Below are positions 35,506-44,648 of a DNA stretch of 60,731 nucleotides, in pieces. The notes under the pieces were generated by a model that saw only the letters and a list, made by a program, of their open reading frames with translations, was not told where the DNA came from and did no database searches. Origin of the DNA: a virus. How positions within the stretch are numbered: the stretch's first letter is position 1; the number at the start of each line of letters is the position of its first letter. Both the position numbers and the translations under genes were made by a program. The DNA lies in IMG/VR virus record IMGVR_UViG_3300045988_115457. One strand, written 5' to 3'.

Positions 35506-35889
35506 CTATAACTTCTGTTTTGCTGTCAGATTTGCTACGTTCTTTGCTAAATCCAACAGCATTGTAAAATTTTCTACAGAGATCAGGGAATAAGCTGCCG
35601 TAAGCCCATATAACACTTCTTCTAACGTCCCGTTTGACAACTCTTGTTCAAGGCTATCATTCCCTTCAATAAACCAAGAAAGTGCACGAGAAGCGACGGA
35701 AATGTCCTTTAACGAAGAAATGACGCCCGCAATATCCTTATTATCTTCCAGAACAGCAAGATAAGCCGAAGCACCGGCTATTTTATGGATAGTAGGCGGG
35801 TTTACACGGTACATTTTCCCATTTACAATTATAGGAATGAAATCTTTTCCTGTGATAGCTTCAGATACAAGTATAGCGGCTTTATTCAT
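35506..35889 (-). CDS. tail assembly chaperone G
   Basis: 127 aa (start MNKAAIL), between the major tail protein and the tape measure. Confidence 0.55.
   Translation of the reverse strand: MNKAAILVSEAITGKDFIPIIVNGKMYRVNPPTIHKIAGASAYLAVLEDNKDIAGVISSLKDISVASRALSWFIEGNDSLEQELSNGTLEEVLYGLTAAYSLISVENFTMLLDLAKNVANLTAKQKL
35566..35572 (-). promoter_or_regulatory. candidate -1 programmed frameshift heptamer A_AAU_UUU
   Basis: In the G frame: GTA GAA AAT TTT ACA. It fits X_XXY_YYZ. The -1 frame is open from here into the T ORF. Confidence 0.5.
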
Positions 35890-35890
35890 A

Positions 35891-36076
35891 TTATTTCTTT
35901 TGTAGTTTTTCAATCTGCTTATATATAAGATTCGCACCTTCTATATCATGACACACGCAAGAGTGATTTGGATCAGAACATAATTTTATCAATAAGTCTC
36001 CAACAAATCTTTTATACTCATCTATCTGTCTTTGCATATTAGCAATTTCAGAAATATCTTTTCTTTTAAACAGCAT
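35891..36076 (-). CDS. hypothetical protein
   Basis: 61-aa ORF. Its stop abuts the chaperone G start (TAATATG). Confidence 0.45.
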   Translation of the reverse strand: MLFKRKDISEIANMQRQIDEYKRFVGDLLIKLCSDPNHSCVCHDIEGANLIYKQIEKLQKK

Positions 36077-36287
36077 AATACTTAAACTTTAAAAGGGAAT
36101 GGTTAGAATAAAATCCTTCCATCCCCTCACCACTTTACAATATAGATAATGTCTCTGATGGTTGCGTCCCATCTTCTCCTGAAGAGTCATAGTTTACAGT
36201 ACTCCCAGCGTTCACCCGCCTTGATCTAGCTGAATAACTATTTATAGAAGGCGATTCAGAAGAAGCAAGAGCTACCTTTTCATCAGT

Positions 36288-36812
36288 TCATGCAGCGTCC
36301 ACCTTTTCGCCATCGAACAGATAATCGCTCTTAACGCCAGTGTTAGGATTTTCCATAGCCACCGCTGTTACACCCAGACCGATATTCTTTTCTACCGCAT
36401 TACCTTTTGCGATAACCGCAGCATTGGTAAATACAATGTAGTTGCCTGTTTTTGTCTGGCCTACGATTGCCTTATTTACAATTCCCGGAGTGTCAGAAGA
36501 AGCCCATCCAGCATCAGTATCAATCTTTTCACCACCTTCCAATTCGACCTTGTCATCAAAGGAGAAAACTCCCATAGTGAAAGCGATTGTTTTAGCTCCT
36601 TTTTGAGTAACATCACGATAGTAGATACTACCATTCAACTCATTAATGTAGTCGGTATAGGTTGGATCATCCTCTGTATACGCCCAAGTATCTTGATGGG
36701 AGTTCTCAACTTCCGTGGCAGTTCCTAACCATGTCTTAAGAGAGGTTTTAGTGACAGCGGCAGTTATAACATCACCGTACCAAATCTTTTTAATTCCAAT
36801 AAACGGTTTCAT
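36288..36812 (-). CDS. major tail protein
   Basis: 174 aa, beta-rich, in the canonical position between the head-tail genes and the chaperones. Confidence 0.65.
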   Translation of the reverse strand: MKPFIGIKKIWYGDVITAAVTKTSLKTWLGTATEVENSHQDTWAYTEDDPTYTDYINELNGSIYYRDVTQKGAKTIAFTMGVFSFDDKVELEGGEKIDTDAGWASSDTPGIVNKAIVGQTKTGNYIVFTNAAVIAKGNAVEKNIGLGVTAVAMENPNTGVKSDYLFDGEKVDAA

Positions 36813-36818
36813 ATCTTT

Positions 36819-37223
36819 TCAATTTACGTTTAGAGTTTCAAATAATAATTTCACATTTACATAGTAACAACATAATTCTTTGTCTTCTTCTATTCCGATA
36901 CTTTCAGAAGAGTAACTATACCAGGAGCCGTCATATTGGGAAACAACATCATCTTTAAAAAACTTCTTTGCTTTCCGTTCCAGCTCATTCAAGCGAATCA
37001 GGCTTGCTTTTTCAGACCTTGTTACAGGAATGCAGAAGTTTACTTCAACATATCCTTTTTCCCAGTAAGCATCCGGTTGTTGAGTTTTGGGGTAGATTAC
37101 AATTCTCTCGGTCTTTACTTTACCTTCAGGGATATTTCCCCGTTGATACATTTCAGAGATTCCAAAAGACTTGCAATCTTTAAAAATAATATTCGCTATG
37201 TCCGTCGTTACAATCATACCCAA
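36819..37223 (-). CDS. tail completion / tail terminator-like protein (by position)
   Basis: 134-aa ORF in the head-tail joining block. Confidence 0.45.
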   Translation of the reverse strand: MGMIVTTDIANIIFKDCKSFGISEMYQRGNIPEGKVKTERIVIYPKTQQPDAYWEKGYVEVNFCIPVTRSEKASLIRLNELERKAKKFFKDDVVSQYDGSWYSYSSESIGIEEDKELCCYYVNVKLLFETLNVN

Positions 37224-37549
37224 ATATCACATCTACCCTTAAACTCCTCCGAATAGCATTCGGCATTCTTCTTCACATCTCCCTCTCCTACAGTATTTCC
37301 TTCAGCGTCCAGACACCTGATATGAGATCCTAAAACAATCTTTTTACCCTCATAAACCACATGGTAATTATACACCCAGCGTTCACCATTGACAGAGACT
37401 TCCTTTTGTTGGGAGTTGTCATGGCAGAAGCAATCTGTTACATCTTGCCAAGACTCTCCACCGGTTCCCGGTATTGGTCGGTTATACTCGTCGTTTTCTT
37501 CCAGAGTAATAACCTGTATTTGCAATTTATGTGGAGCAGTTTCTAGCAT
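37214..37549 (-). CDS. head closure / head-tail adaptor-like protein (by position)
   Basis: 111-aa ORF overlapping the downstream gene by 10 nt. Confidence 0.45.
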   Translation of the reverse strand: MLETAPHKLQIQVITLEENDEYNRPIPGTGGESWQDVTDCFCHDNSQQKEVSVNGERWVYNYHVVYEGKKIVLGSHIRCLDAEGNTVGEGDVKKNAECYSEEFKGRCDIWV

Positions 37550-37550
37550 A

Positions 37551-37880
37551 TTACCAAAATGTTACTTTAGGTTTATCTATGTTCAGTTCGTCCTTCAGTC
37601 CATACTTATTACATAAAAAAGAATAATAGGACTTTATACCAGAAATATCCCAAGAAAGGGACTTTGAATGACCGTTTTCTGATACCGATTTAGAAGTAGC
37701 TCTAAGCAATAAGGAGGGAATAAATCTTGCTATAGCAACAGAGATGGACTGCAAATTATCTTCAGTCATTTCCCCGTCAGGGTCAACCCCGGAAGAAAGA
37801 TTAATCTCTACCAAGTCAGCCTCCGACAATGATATGCCGAAGGACTGAAACTTTTGCTTTATGTAGTCACTAATTATCAT
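37551..37880 (-). CDS. head-tail connector-like protein (by position)
   Basis: 109-aa ORF directly after the MCP. Confidence 0.45.
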   Translation of the reverse strand: MIISDYIKQKFQSFGISLSEADLVEINLSSGVDPDGEMTEDNLQSISVAIARFIPSLLLRATSKSVSENGHSKSLSWDISGIKSYYSFLCNKYGLKDELNIDKPKVTFW

Positions 37881-37882
37881 AC

Positions 37883-38962
37883 TTACGCATTCATCGTGTC
37901 CAGGTCAAGAATTACAATCTTGTTTGGAGATGTAAATTCTGGAATCCATTCAGCTCCATATTCCATGAAGCGGCCTTCATCCGTACGTATGTTGGAAATA
38001 TACATACCACCTTCTGAACGGGTGTAAGTCTTTCCCGGAACCGGATCGGTAATTTCATACGGAGTATGCCAACGCATCTTTCCCTGCTTAGGAGTGGTAA
38101 ACAAAGAAATACGGTTGTCTTTGAATACCTGTTTGAAAGTTCCGTCTGACAATTCCACCAAATCTTCGTTGATTACGATAGGTGGCAAGCCCAATCCTCT
38201 AAAGATAGTGGTCGCCATCTCACTGGACATAAGCCCGGCAGACAGTTGGACTTCTTTAGAATCAAAGCTTTGTTTGTAGAATTCCCCGAAGTCTTTTGAG
38301 CCAATAATGCTATTGATAAAAGTTTTTCGGGACATTTCCATAGAAACGAACATGCCGAACTTGGTACGTAATTCAACCGTTTTCTCCATAAGATAACGAA
38401 CAAAGTTTAGTTTGTCTGCAACTTGCGGAGTGATACGATGAACCGGCAACTCCATTTCAAGCAATTCGATTCCTTGCGGATTATCGTCTACTTTTACGGA
38501 TGCTTTACCATCAGAACGAAGGTCACCGTCCACAATATCCATACGTTTGTGTGGAGCAAGCAATACTTGACGCATATCATCTACAATATAGTTGATAATA
38601 TCGTCCAGTGCGGCCCGTTGATCTGGTGTCTTCGCCTGATTAAACTTATTGATTAGTTCTTGAAGCATATCGAGTCTATCGTTGTCCATCTGGTATCTAT
38701 CCCCCATATAGGCAACTTCGCCATATCCGGAACCCAGAGATTTACGCTCTCTTAACGGCTTGTTAGAGTTACGGTCAATTACAGAACCGGCAACAACACC
38801 CGTTACTGTTCCCAAATATGTTTTGAACACACGGGATTTCGTTTCCTCAAAATCGAGGTGCTTTTTCCAAAAGATTTGATCCAGCCTTAGAGCCTGCACA
38901 CGGTCGATAACCGCTTTCACCACTCCCGGATCATTCAGTAATGTTTGAATAGTCAAATACAT
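37883..38962 (-). CDS. major capsid protein
   Basis: 359 aa, downstream of the scaffold and a decoration-like gene. The N-terminal pattern resembles lambda gpE-like capsid proteins. Confidence 0.8.
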   Translation of the reverse strand: MYLTIQTLLNDPGVVKAVIDRVQALRLDQIFWKKHLDFEETKSRVFKTYLGTVTGVVAGSVIDRNSNKPLRERKSLGSGYGEVAYMGDRYQMDNDRLDMLQELINKFNQAKTPDQRAALDDIINYIVDDMRQVLLAPHKRMDIVDGDLRSDGKASVKVDDNPQGIELLEMELPVHRITPQVADKLNFVRYLMEKTVELRTKFGMFVSMEMSRKTFINSIIGSKDFGEFYKQSFDSKEVQLSAGLMSSEMATTIFRGLGLPPIVINEDLVELSDGTFKQVFKDNRISLFTTPKQGKMRWHTPYEITDPVPGKTYTRSEGGMYISNIRTDEGRFMEYGAEWIPEFTSPNKIVILDLDTMNA

Positions 38963-38976
38963 AGTTCCTCCTTTCT

Positions 38977-39567
38977 TTAATAAGTGAACATGAATCTGTC
39001 ACCCAAAGTCTCCTTATCCTTATCGGAGATAGGAACAATGAGTCTTGTCGGTCTGATCTCGTACGCTTGGCCTATAGCGCCAACAGTTGCACCCGCTTCT
39101 ACTTTAGTCCATGCATAATTCAAAGCCGTAGCTGTTGCTTTTGCCGTTTTACCGGCTGCGGCAGTAGCTTCAAACAATACCGCATCCTTTTCTGCGGCAA
39201 GCGTTGGCGAGGCGGCCAGAGTAACGGTATCATATTCCGCATTACTTTTGTCGATAGCTTCAATTGTACCGCCATTTGTACCGTTACCAATATGCATACC
39301 GACGTACGCAAGAGAATTTTTCTTGATCTTCAACGAAGTAGAACCGGCAGTGATCTTCTCGGCTACTTCAACGTTCAAAACAGCTTTTGCCGTTCGTTTC
39401 ACAAAATCAAGAACCAAAGGAGTAAGAGGCGGGATCTGCGCAATCCCTGTCAAATTCGAAATATCCAGATTGAAGCCACCGGAATATCTATAAACCGTCT
39501 CAAAACGGCACATTTCCGGCATTTGCTTCTCAATCGGACTTAAATCATACTTAAAACCTGCTGGCAT
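38977..39567 (-). CDS. capsid-associated (decoration-like) protein
   Basis: 196 aa, Ala/Thr-rich, between the scaffold and the MCP. Confidence 0.4.
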   Translation of the reverse strand: MPAGFKYDLSPIEKQMPEMCRFETVYRYSGGFNLDISNLTGIAQIPPLTPLVLDFVKRTAKAVLNVEVAEKITAGSTSLKIKKNSLAYVGMHIGNGTNGGTIEAIDKSNAEYDTVTLAASPTLAAEKDAVLFEATAAAGKTAKATATALNYAWTKVEAGATVGAIGQAYEIRPTRLIVPISDKDKETLGDRFMFTY

Positions 39568-39569
39568 AA

Positions 39570-40199
39570 TTAATCCTGTTTAGAGTTTTTAATTTCTTCA
39601 GTTCCCTTGTTTATCAGGGTGGCAATGTCATTTGAATTGTTCTGCTCATTGCTTCCCGATTCGGGAGTTCTCACATCTTGAAATCCTGCGTTGGCAAACG
39701 TCTGCTTTGCATCCTTGAAATAGTTATCCAAGTTTGCATCTTCGGGAATGCTCAACATAGGAACAAGGTTTTCGGGAATACCATATTCCTTTGCTTTTCC
39801 CATGATTTGCTCTTGGCGAGTGGCCTGCGCCTTCTCTGTTTCAAATTGAGTAAGCTTGTCAGAAAGAGGTTTAACGGCTGCATTCACTGCGTTCGCAATG
39901 ATGGTCGCTATATCATCTTTCTTTTCTTCCGGCTTCGGATTTGGGTTAGGATTGGGATTCTCGATTTTATTTTTCAATTCGTCCAATTGTTTCTGTAGAC
40001 CCGATTTTTCGTTTCTAACAGTATCAATGTCTCCTTGAAAAGCCTTCAAAAGTCCTTCGACCCCACTAATAGCAGTTTCTATTTGACTTTCTTCAGTTAC
40101 GGTTTTAGACAAGTAGTCAGCCACCCCGTCAAACGCTTTATCACCAAACCCAAAGGTTTTATACTTCGTTTTTAGTGCTACTAAGATTTTTTCTTTCAT
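39570..40199 (-). CDS. scaffolding protein
   Basis: Start at MKEKILV. Helical/charged, with an NPNPNPNPKPEEKK linker. Immediately upstream of the capsid genes. Confidence 0.6.
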   Translation of the reverse strand: MKEKILVALKTKYKTFGFGDKAFDGVADYLSKTVTEESQIETAISGVEGLLKAFQGDIDTVRNEKSGLQKQLDELKNKIENPNPNPNPKPEEKKDDIATIIANAVNAAVKPLSDKLTQFETEKAQATRQEQIMGKAKEYGIPENLVPMLSIPEDANLDNYFKDAKQTFANAGFQDVRTPESGSNEQNNSNDIATLINKGTEEIKNSKQD

Positions 40200-40282
40200 A
40201 CTGTATGAATTAGTTTTGATTTTCAACAGCATAAAGTTACACTCAAAGAAGAAAGCTATAAAATAATTACATGAGGGATAAA

Positions 40283-40302
40283 CCACAATTGGGCAATTGT
40301 GG
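40283..40302. repeat. palindromic hairpin family copy 2 (CCACAAT-TGGGCA-ATTGTGG)
   Basis: About 80 nt upstream of the scaffold start, at the inner edge of the accessory island. Confidence 0.75.
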
Positions 40303-40461
40303 GAAATTAGTTGTTTCACACCTTAAATAAATGCTCTTCTTTGTGCTATTTGCCGTTCTAATAGACAGAGAATACAAGGTAATGAAGTTAGTGCTATTGG
40401 TGAGAGAAAAGATGATGCTGAAGCTGCTAATCTTATAAATATTGCTAAAAAGTGAGGTGTT

Positions 40462-40501
40462 GGATGTTGTTTGATGTTGTTTTAACACTGTTGATGTTGT
40501 T
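40462..40501 (+). repeat. three helically phased direct repeats (G/T)GATGTTGTT
   Basis: Copies at 40462-71, 40472-81 and 40492-501 (offsets 10 and 20 bp), just upstream of a promoter-like box. Confidence 0.7.
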
Positions 40502-40526
40502 GTTATTGATAAAGTTACTACCTTTG
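40496..40526 (+). promoter_or_regulatory. candidate Bacteroides-type promoter for the plus-strand cassette
   Basis: GTTG (40496-99), 19 nt, then TACCTTTG (40519-26). Followed by a perfect 10-bp hairpin GTAACGCATC-TTT-GATGCGTTAC (40536-58). Confidence 0.4.
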
Positions 40527-40630
40527 CAATACAAAGTAACGCATCTTTGATGCGTTACGAACAAAGATATAACTAATTCTGTTAGTGATAATAAAAGTAA
40601 CACTGATGGCAATACTAAAACCAAACTATT

Positions 40631-40828
40631 ATGATACATACTAATCCTAATCCCAAGATGACAGTTATTGAGGTAGAAAACTTCCGCAATAACCTTAGAA
40701 GGTGTGTATCGGGTAAGATTACACGCCAAGAGAAAAAGAAAATAGAAGTTAGAACTCAAAGAATGAATAGTGTCGCTAAAAGAATTATAGCTAATAATGG
40801 CGGAAAAAGCCCAATTCTCGGATATTGA
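40631..40828 (+). CDS. small basic hypothetical protein
   Basis: 65-aa ORF, first in the plus-strand cassette. Confidence 0.45.
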   Translation: MIHTNPNPKMTVIEVENFRNNLRRCVSGKITRQEKKKIEVRTQRMNSVAKRIIANNGGKSPILGY

Positions 40829-40860
40829 TATTTCAATAAATAAATTTTAATGCTACATTT

Positions 40861-41001
40861 ATGAAGTCCAATAATTCCAATACAAAAACGCTTCCTAAAA
40901 AGGTTTTAAATAAATCTTCGAATAAGGTAGTATTCAAAAGAGTTACTATCAAGGAACATAAGGCATACAGAATACCTGTATATGATTATCTTATACCGTA
41001 A
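40861..41001 (+). CDS. small basic hypothetical protein (46 aa, below the ORF-track cutoff)
   Basis: My own translation: MKSNNSNTKTLPKKVLNKSSNKVVFKRVTIKEHKAYRIPVYDYLIP. TAATG overlap with the next gene. Confidence 0.4.
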   Translation: MKSNNSNTKTLPKKVLNKSSNKVVFKRVTIKEHKAYRIPVYDYLIP

Positions 41002-41528
41002 TGAAAATTCTTCCACCTTTTTACGGTTCTGAATTTATTATGTGTAAACCTTCCACATCTGAAGGTATGATTAGGATTGATCTATGGCGCTTTAAATCAA
41101 TGAAAAGCGGAAAGATATATCTTGTAGATGTAGAAGTATATGAGAATAATGTGTACGCTATTAAATTCTATCTTAAATCACAAGCTCATTTGAATAATAG
41201 ATACAGTTTTCAAACAAATGATTTTGAGCCAAGAAGGATAGTTATGAGCTGTATATATATAATGCGACATTACTTTGAAAGTGATAATAATTCATCTTTT
41301 GCATTTATAGGTGCTAATAACATTGGAGAAGATAAAAGTTGCACCAAACGTTTTCGCTTTTACCGTACAATGGTCAACACCTATTTTGGTACAGAAACTT
41401 TTGAACATCGAACTGACGAAAGAAATAGTGCCTATTTACTTTTAAGAAAAACATCTTTACAAAGCGGAAATATTAAAACGGCAGACATAGAATCCTTCTT
41501 TAGAAATATATACATTCTTAACACATAA
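41001..41528 (+). CDS. hypothetical protein
   Basis: 175-aa ORF followed by a clear terminator. Confidence 0.65.
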   Translation: MKILPPFYGSEFIMCKPSTSEGMIRIDLWRFKSMKSGKIYLVDVEVYENNVYAIKFYLKSQAHLNNRYSFQTNDFEPRRIVMSCIYIMRHYFESDNNSSFAFIGANNIGEDKSCTKRFRFYRTMVNTYFGTETFEHRTDERNSAYLLLRKTSLQSGNIKTADIESFFRNIYILNT

Positions 41529-41533
41529 ATAAA

Positions 41534-41558
41534 GCGGAGTAACCTCCGCTTTTCTTTT
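41534..41558 (+). terminator. rho-independent terminator
   Basis: GCGGAG-TAAC-CTCCGC followed by TTTTCTTTTG. A second hairpin GCCCT-CTTGCGA-AGGGC (41559-75) faces the convergent gene. Confidence 0.65.
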
Positions 41559-41587
41559 GCCCTCTTGCGAAGGGCGGGAATGAAATC

Positions 41588-42004
41588 CTATTTTATAATA
41601 ACGGCTATTCCAGAAGCAACCCACGCCCTGTTCCTTGCGTTATAAGTCGTTTTAAAATCAATCAATCCATTCGCTCCCATTTTCTTTGCTTCGGAGACTA
41701 TTTTATCCATCATCCTTTTGCTAGATGGAGCATACTCATTATTCGTTTTTCCTGTATATCCTTCGTATGGGACAATTAGCCGTAGATTTTCGGCTGTTTC
41801 GCCTTTTCTCAACTTGCCAACAGTAAATACCACTTCTATATTAGATATTGGCTGGTAATTGAACCCTGTCACTGTAGGGCTAATGGTGAAACCATCTTTG
41901 GTGTATTCTCTGTAGTCAACAACATATACGGATTCGGTATACATGTCTTTAGTGCATCCGGATAGAACTAATATTATTATGATCGGATATAGGATATTTT
42001 TCAT
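41588..42004 (-). CDS. lipoprotein
   Basis: Signal peptide with lipobox ILVLSGC. Confidence 0.7.
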   Translation of the reverse strand: MKNILYPIIIILVLSGCTKDMYTESVYVVDYREYTKDGFTISPTVTGFNYQPISNIEVVFTVGKLRKGETAENLRLIVPYEGYTGKTNNEYAPSSKRMMDKIVSEAKKMGANGLIDFKTTYNARNRAWVASGIAVIIK

Positions 42005-42008
42005 GATT

Positions 42009-42893
42009 CTATTGTGTTATTTGGTTAGGGGTGATGAGCTCGCCTGTGTTCTTGTCTAATTCAAAATTTAAGACCTCTTTTTCTTCCGTTATATACGTGA
42101 TATTTATAGTAACAAGAATGGTATTATTCGGGGAATAGGAAGCATCCCAACTATTTATGACAAACTCATTATTATTAATATCACACATGTATTGCCAAAT
42201 ATAATGGGAAGAATTGCGAATATCATACCAACCGATCCTCAAAGGATCTTTAGTATGAATGCCCTCCCCTCCACTTACATCTATTACATGATACAAATCT
42301 AAAACTCTGCCATAATGAATATGTTTGCTTATAAGATTTAATTCATTATCATACACATGTCCTTCTGAAGCGGTTGCTTCTGGATATGCGGAATAGTTTT
42401 CAGATACATGTATACTATTATCAAACCAAAATGCCATATCCGTAGGCAAATGGGAACGAGTATTCAATGTTACTGTATGAACCTTACCATTCTCATAAGA
42501 ATATAGTTTTCTAATTCCCCAAAAACTCAAAATATCAGATTCATCTCTTAAATCAGCCAATAGATAGTATGTATTTTCATATTGAAGAATACTAAAAATT
42601 CGAACATACGAAGCGATAATATCTTTTTTATTTCCATATCCAAAATCTATATACAGCTTAGTCCCTTTTCCTATTCCTTCGGACACTTCAAAAAGGAATT
42701 TATTATCTTTACTAACCTTTATGGTGTAGCTTTCTTCGTTAAAATCAATATTACAGATAAAGCCATTGACTAAAAATACATTATTATCACCGGATTCCGT
42801 GTTTTCCTCATTATTTTGCTCTGGAACAGGATCACTTCCTTCGCTGCATCCAATAAGAAACAGCAAGGCAAATATTAGAAATACTTTATTCAT
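42009..42893 (-). CDS. lipoprotein
   Basis: Signal peptide with lipobox FLIGC. Confidence 0.7.
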   Translation of the reverse strand: MNKVFLIFALLFLIGCSEGSDPVPEQNNEENTESGDNNVFLVNGFICNIDFNEESYTIKVSKDNKFLFEVSEGIGKGTKLYIDFGYGNKKDIIASYVRIFSILQYENTYYLLADLRDESDILSFWGIRKLYSYENGKVHTVTLNTRSHLPTDMAFWFDNSIHVSENYSAYPEATASEGHVYDNELNLISKHIHYGRVLDLYHVIDVSGGEGIHTKDPLRIGWYDIRNSSHYIWQYMCDINNNEFVINSWDASYSPNNTILVTINITYITEEKEVLNFELDKNTGELITPNQITQ

Positions 42894-43050
42894 ATTTTGT
42901 GTGTATTATGGTTGTACGGAGGCAAAATAACATACAAATGCACACAAATGCAAATATTTCCTTACCTTTCTTTGGTTTTAGGTGATTTTTCTAGCATTAA
43001 ATAAAAAGCCCCACTATTTGGCGGGGCGAATATTATAATTAGAACTGATA

Positions 43051-43284
43051 CTACATTGTAGGTTTCTGTTTGGTTATTGAACCAAAATTATCAATTATTT
43101 CTATATCAGAAGGAGTTACGGATGTTTCATTAATATTGATTGAATCTTCTGATTTATTCGGAGAAATTGCTTTCCTTATCTTCTTCACATCATTGGTCAT
43201 TCCCCATAACTTGAAAAATAGAATAATTTGTAATATTCCGAATACGATGATTACGATAGATACAAATAGTGTGATACCTTCCAT
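43051..43284 (-). CDS. small single-pass membrane protein
   Basis: MEGITLFVSIVIIVFGILQIILFFKLWG... Confidence 0.55.
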   Translation of the reverse strand: MEGITLFVSIVIIVFGILQIILFFKLWGMTNDVKKIRKAISPNKSEDSININETSVTPSDIEIIDNFGSITKQKPTM

Positions 43285-43312
43285 GATATATTTATTTTTA
43301 ATCAGTTATTTG

Positions 43313-44278
43313 TCATAGTTCTTCTTTCTCCTTTTTACTTGGAAGATTTAGGTATTCAAAAGCTAATTCATCAACTTCCTTTCTCCGTTCGTTGACTCCG
43401 TTTAAAATATATCTAAAAGATGATATATAATTATCATCTATAAATTCCTTGATAATATCTTCTTCATATATGTTCTGAATATCAGTTTCATCTTCATATT
43501 TCCAATACATTTCTACCGAAAAAGGGACCTTGACATCATCACTGCTTAAATTTCTCCCATCTATTCTTATTTTATCAACTTCAATATTTACATCATAATC
43601 CCTTAAGACCGTTTCGACATCCATGCCAGCCAATTTATTTTCATCTTTATAATTAGCCTCCCAATATCTTACAACAGGTTGAGAAAAAGGAGAAGTAGAT
43701 AAGCACCACGATTTATCCAATATAGACAAATAACTATCATATTCATTCTTCCCTTCTTTTTTATAAATTTTGGGTTCTATTGAATAGCCAAATCTTAATT
43801 GCTCTACCTTGCTTTTTAAAGGAATCAGTTTAAAGCCAATATTAACCTCATCAACCCCTCCAAATGAATAATACTTGGTTGATATACTAGCTAATTCAAT
43901 TTTTACATATTGGTCTAAAGAATTATCTTGCTTAGCTTTTCTCCAGTATCTCGATATTGAATCCGCTTTAGAAGAATAAGTTTTATATTTATTATTCCAT
44001 TCGCTAGAAAGCTGTTTTTCTAATTTATCATCATGATATGTATATGAACTATAAGCCCTTCTTAATGTCAAGTTAGCATATTTAGCCCTCTTCGTATCAG
44101 TATCTAATGTGTTTTTGTTTATTGCCTGAATATGTTCATAAAACATTCCAAAAAGTGAATCTTTTTTTATTTCTTCATCAAGTTCTTTTAATGACAATGA
44201 CTCAAAAACTGATTTATTTAAATTATCAACACAACTGTAAAACAGTATCAAAGGTAGTAAATATAAAATATTTTTCAT
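43313..44278 (-). CDS. lipoprotein (321 aa from the internal start)
   Basis: MKNILYLLPLILFYSC lipobox at the internal Met. The upstream part of the listed ORF is low-quality and overlaps the divergent gene. Confidence 0.6.
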   Translation of the reverse strand: MKNILYLLPLILFYSCVDNLNKSVFESLSLKELDEEIKKDSLFGMFYEHIQAINKNTLDTDTKRAKYANLTLRRAYSSYTYHDDKLEKQLSSEWNNKYKTYSSKADSISRYWRKAKQDNSLDQYVKIELASISTKYYSFGGVDEVNIGFKLIPLKSKVEQLRFGYSIEPKIYKKEGKNEYDSYLSILDKSWCLSTSPFSQPVVRYWEANYKDENKLAGMDVETVLRDYDVNIEVDKIRIDGRNLSSDDVKVPFSVEMYWKYEDETDIQNIYEEDIIKEFIDDNYISSFRYILNGVNERRKEVDELAFEYLNLPSKKEKEEL

Positions 44279-44648
44279 ATCTGTGTGTGTTATGTTATAC
44301 AATGATAAAATAAAAGACAACTGTTCATAAATCCAAATAAATCCACATATATCTTCATTCACCACGTAAAAAAGTTGTTTTTTCTTGCTTTTTTCAAAAA
44401 TAGTTTGTATGTTTGCGGCGTTCAACATATATAAATCGACTGTGCGGGCGGAGCTTGCATTAATCATGCGGGCATTTTTTATGCTTGTATTTAAAATATT
44501 GAGGTATATTGTACCCCCGTGTGGAACTGTAATGGAACCACAGCATAGTCGATATGTGTTGAACAGCGGGAAAGGCAATATACCTTTTTTATTTATTGTT
44601 ATGTTCAACAATATCGACAATCATCATCGAACGAATAATAGTAGTTTG

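Noticed and set aside
36278-36284. CUGAUGA (hammerhead ribozyme core) just after the major tail protein stop
   Set aside because: There is no adjacent stem II followed by GAAA and no paired stems I/III around it. A single heptamer match is expected by chance.
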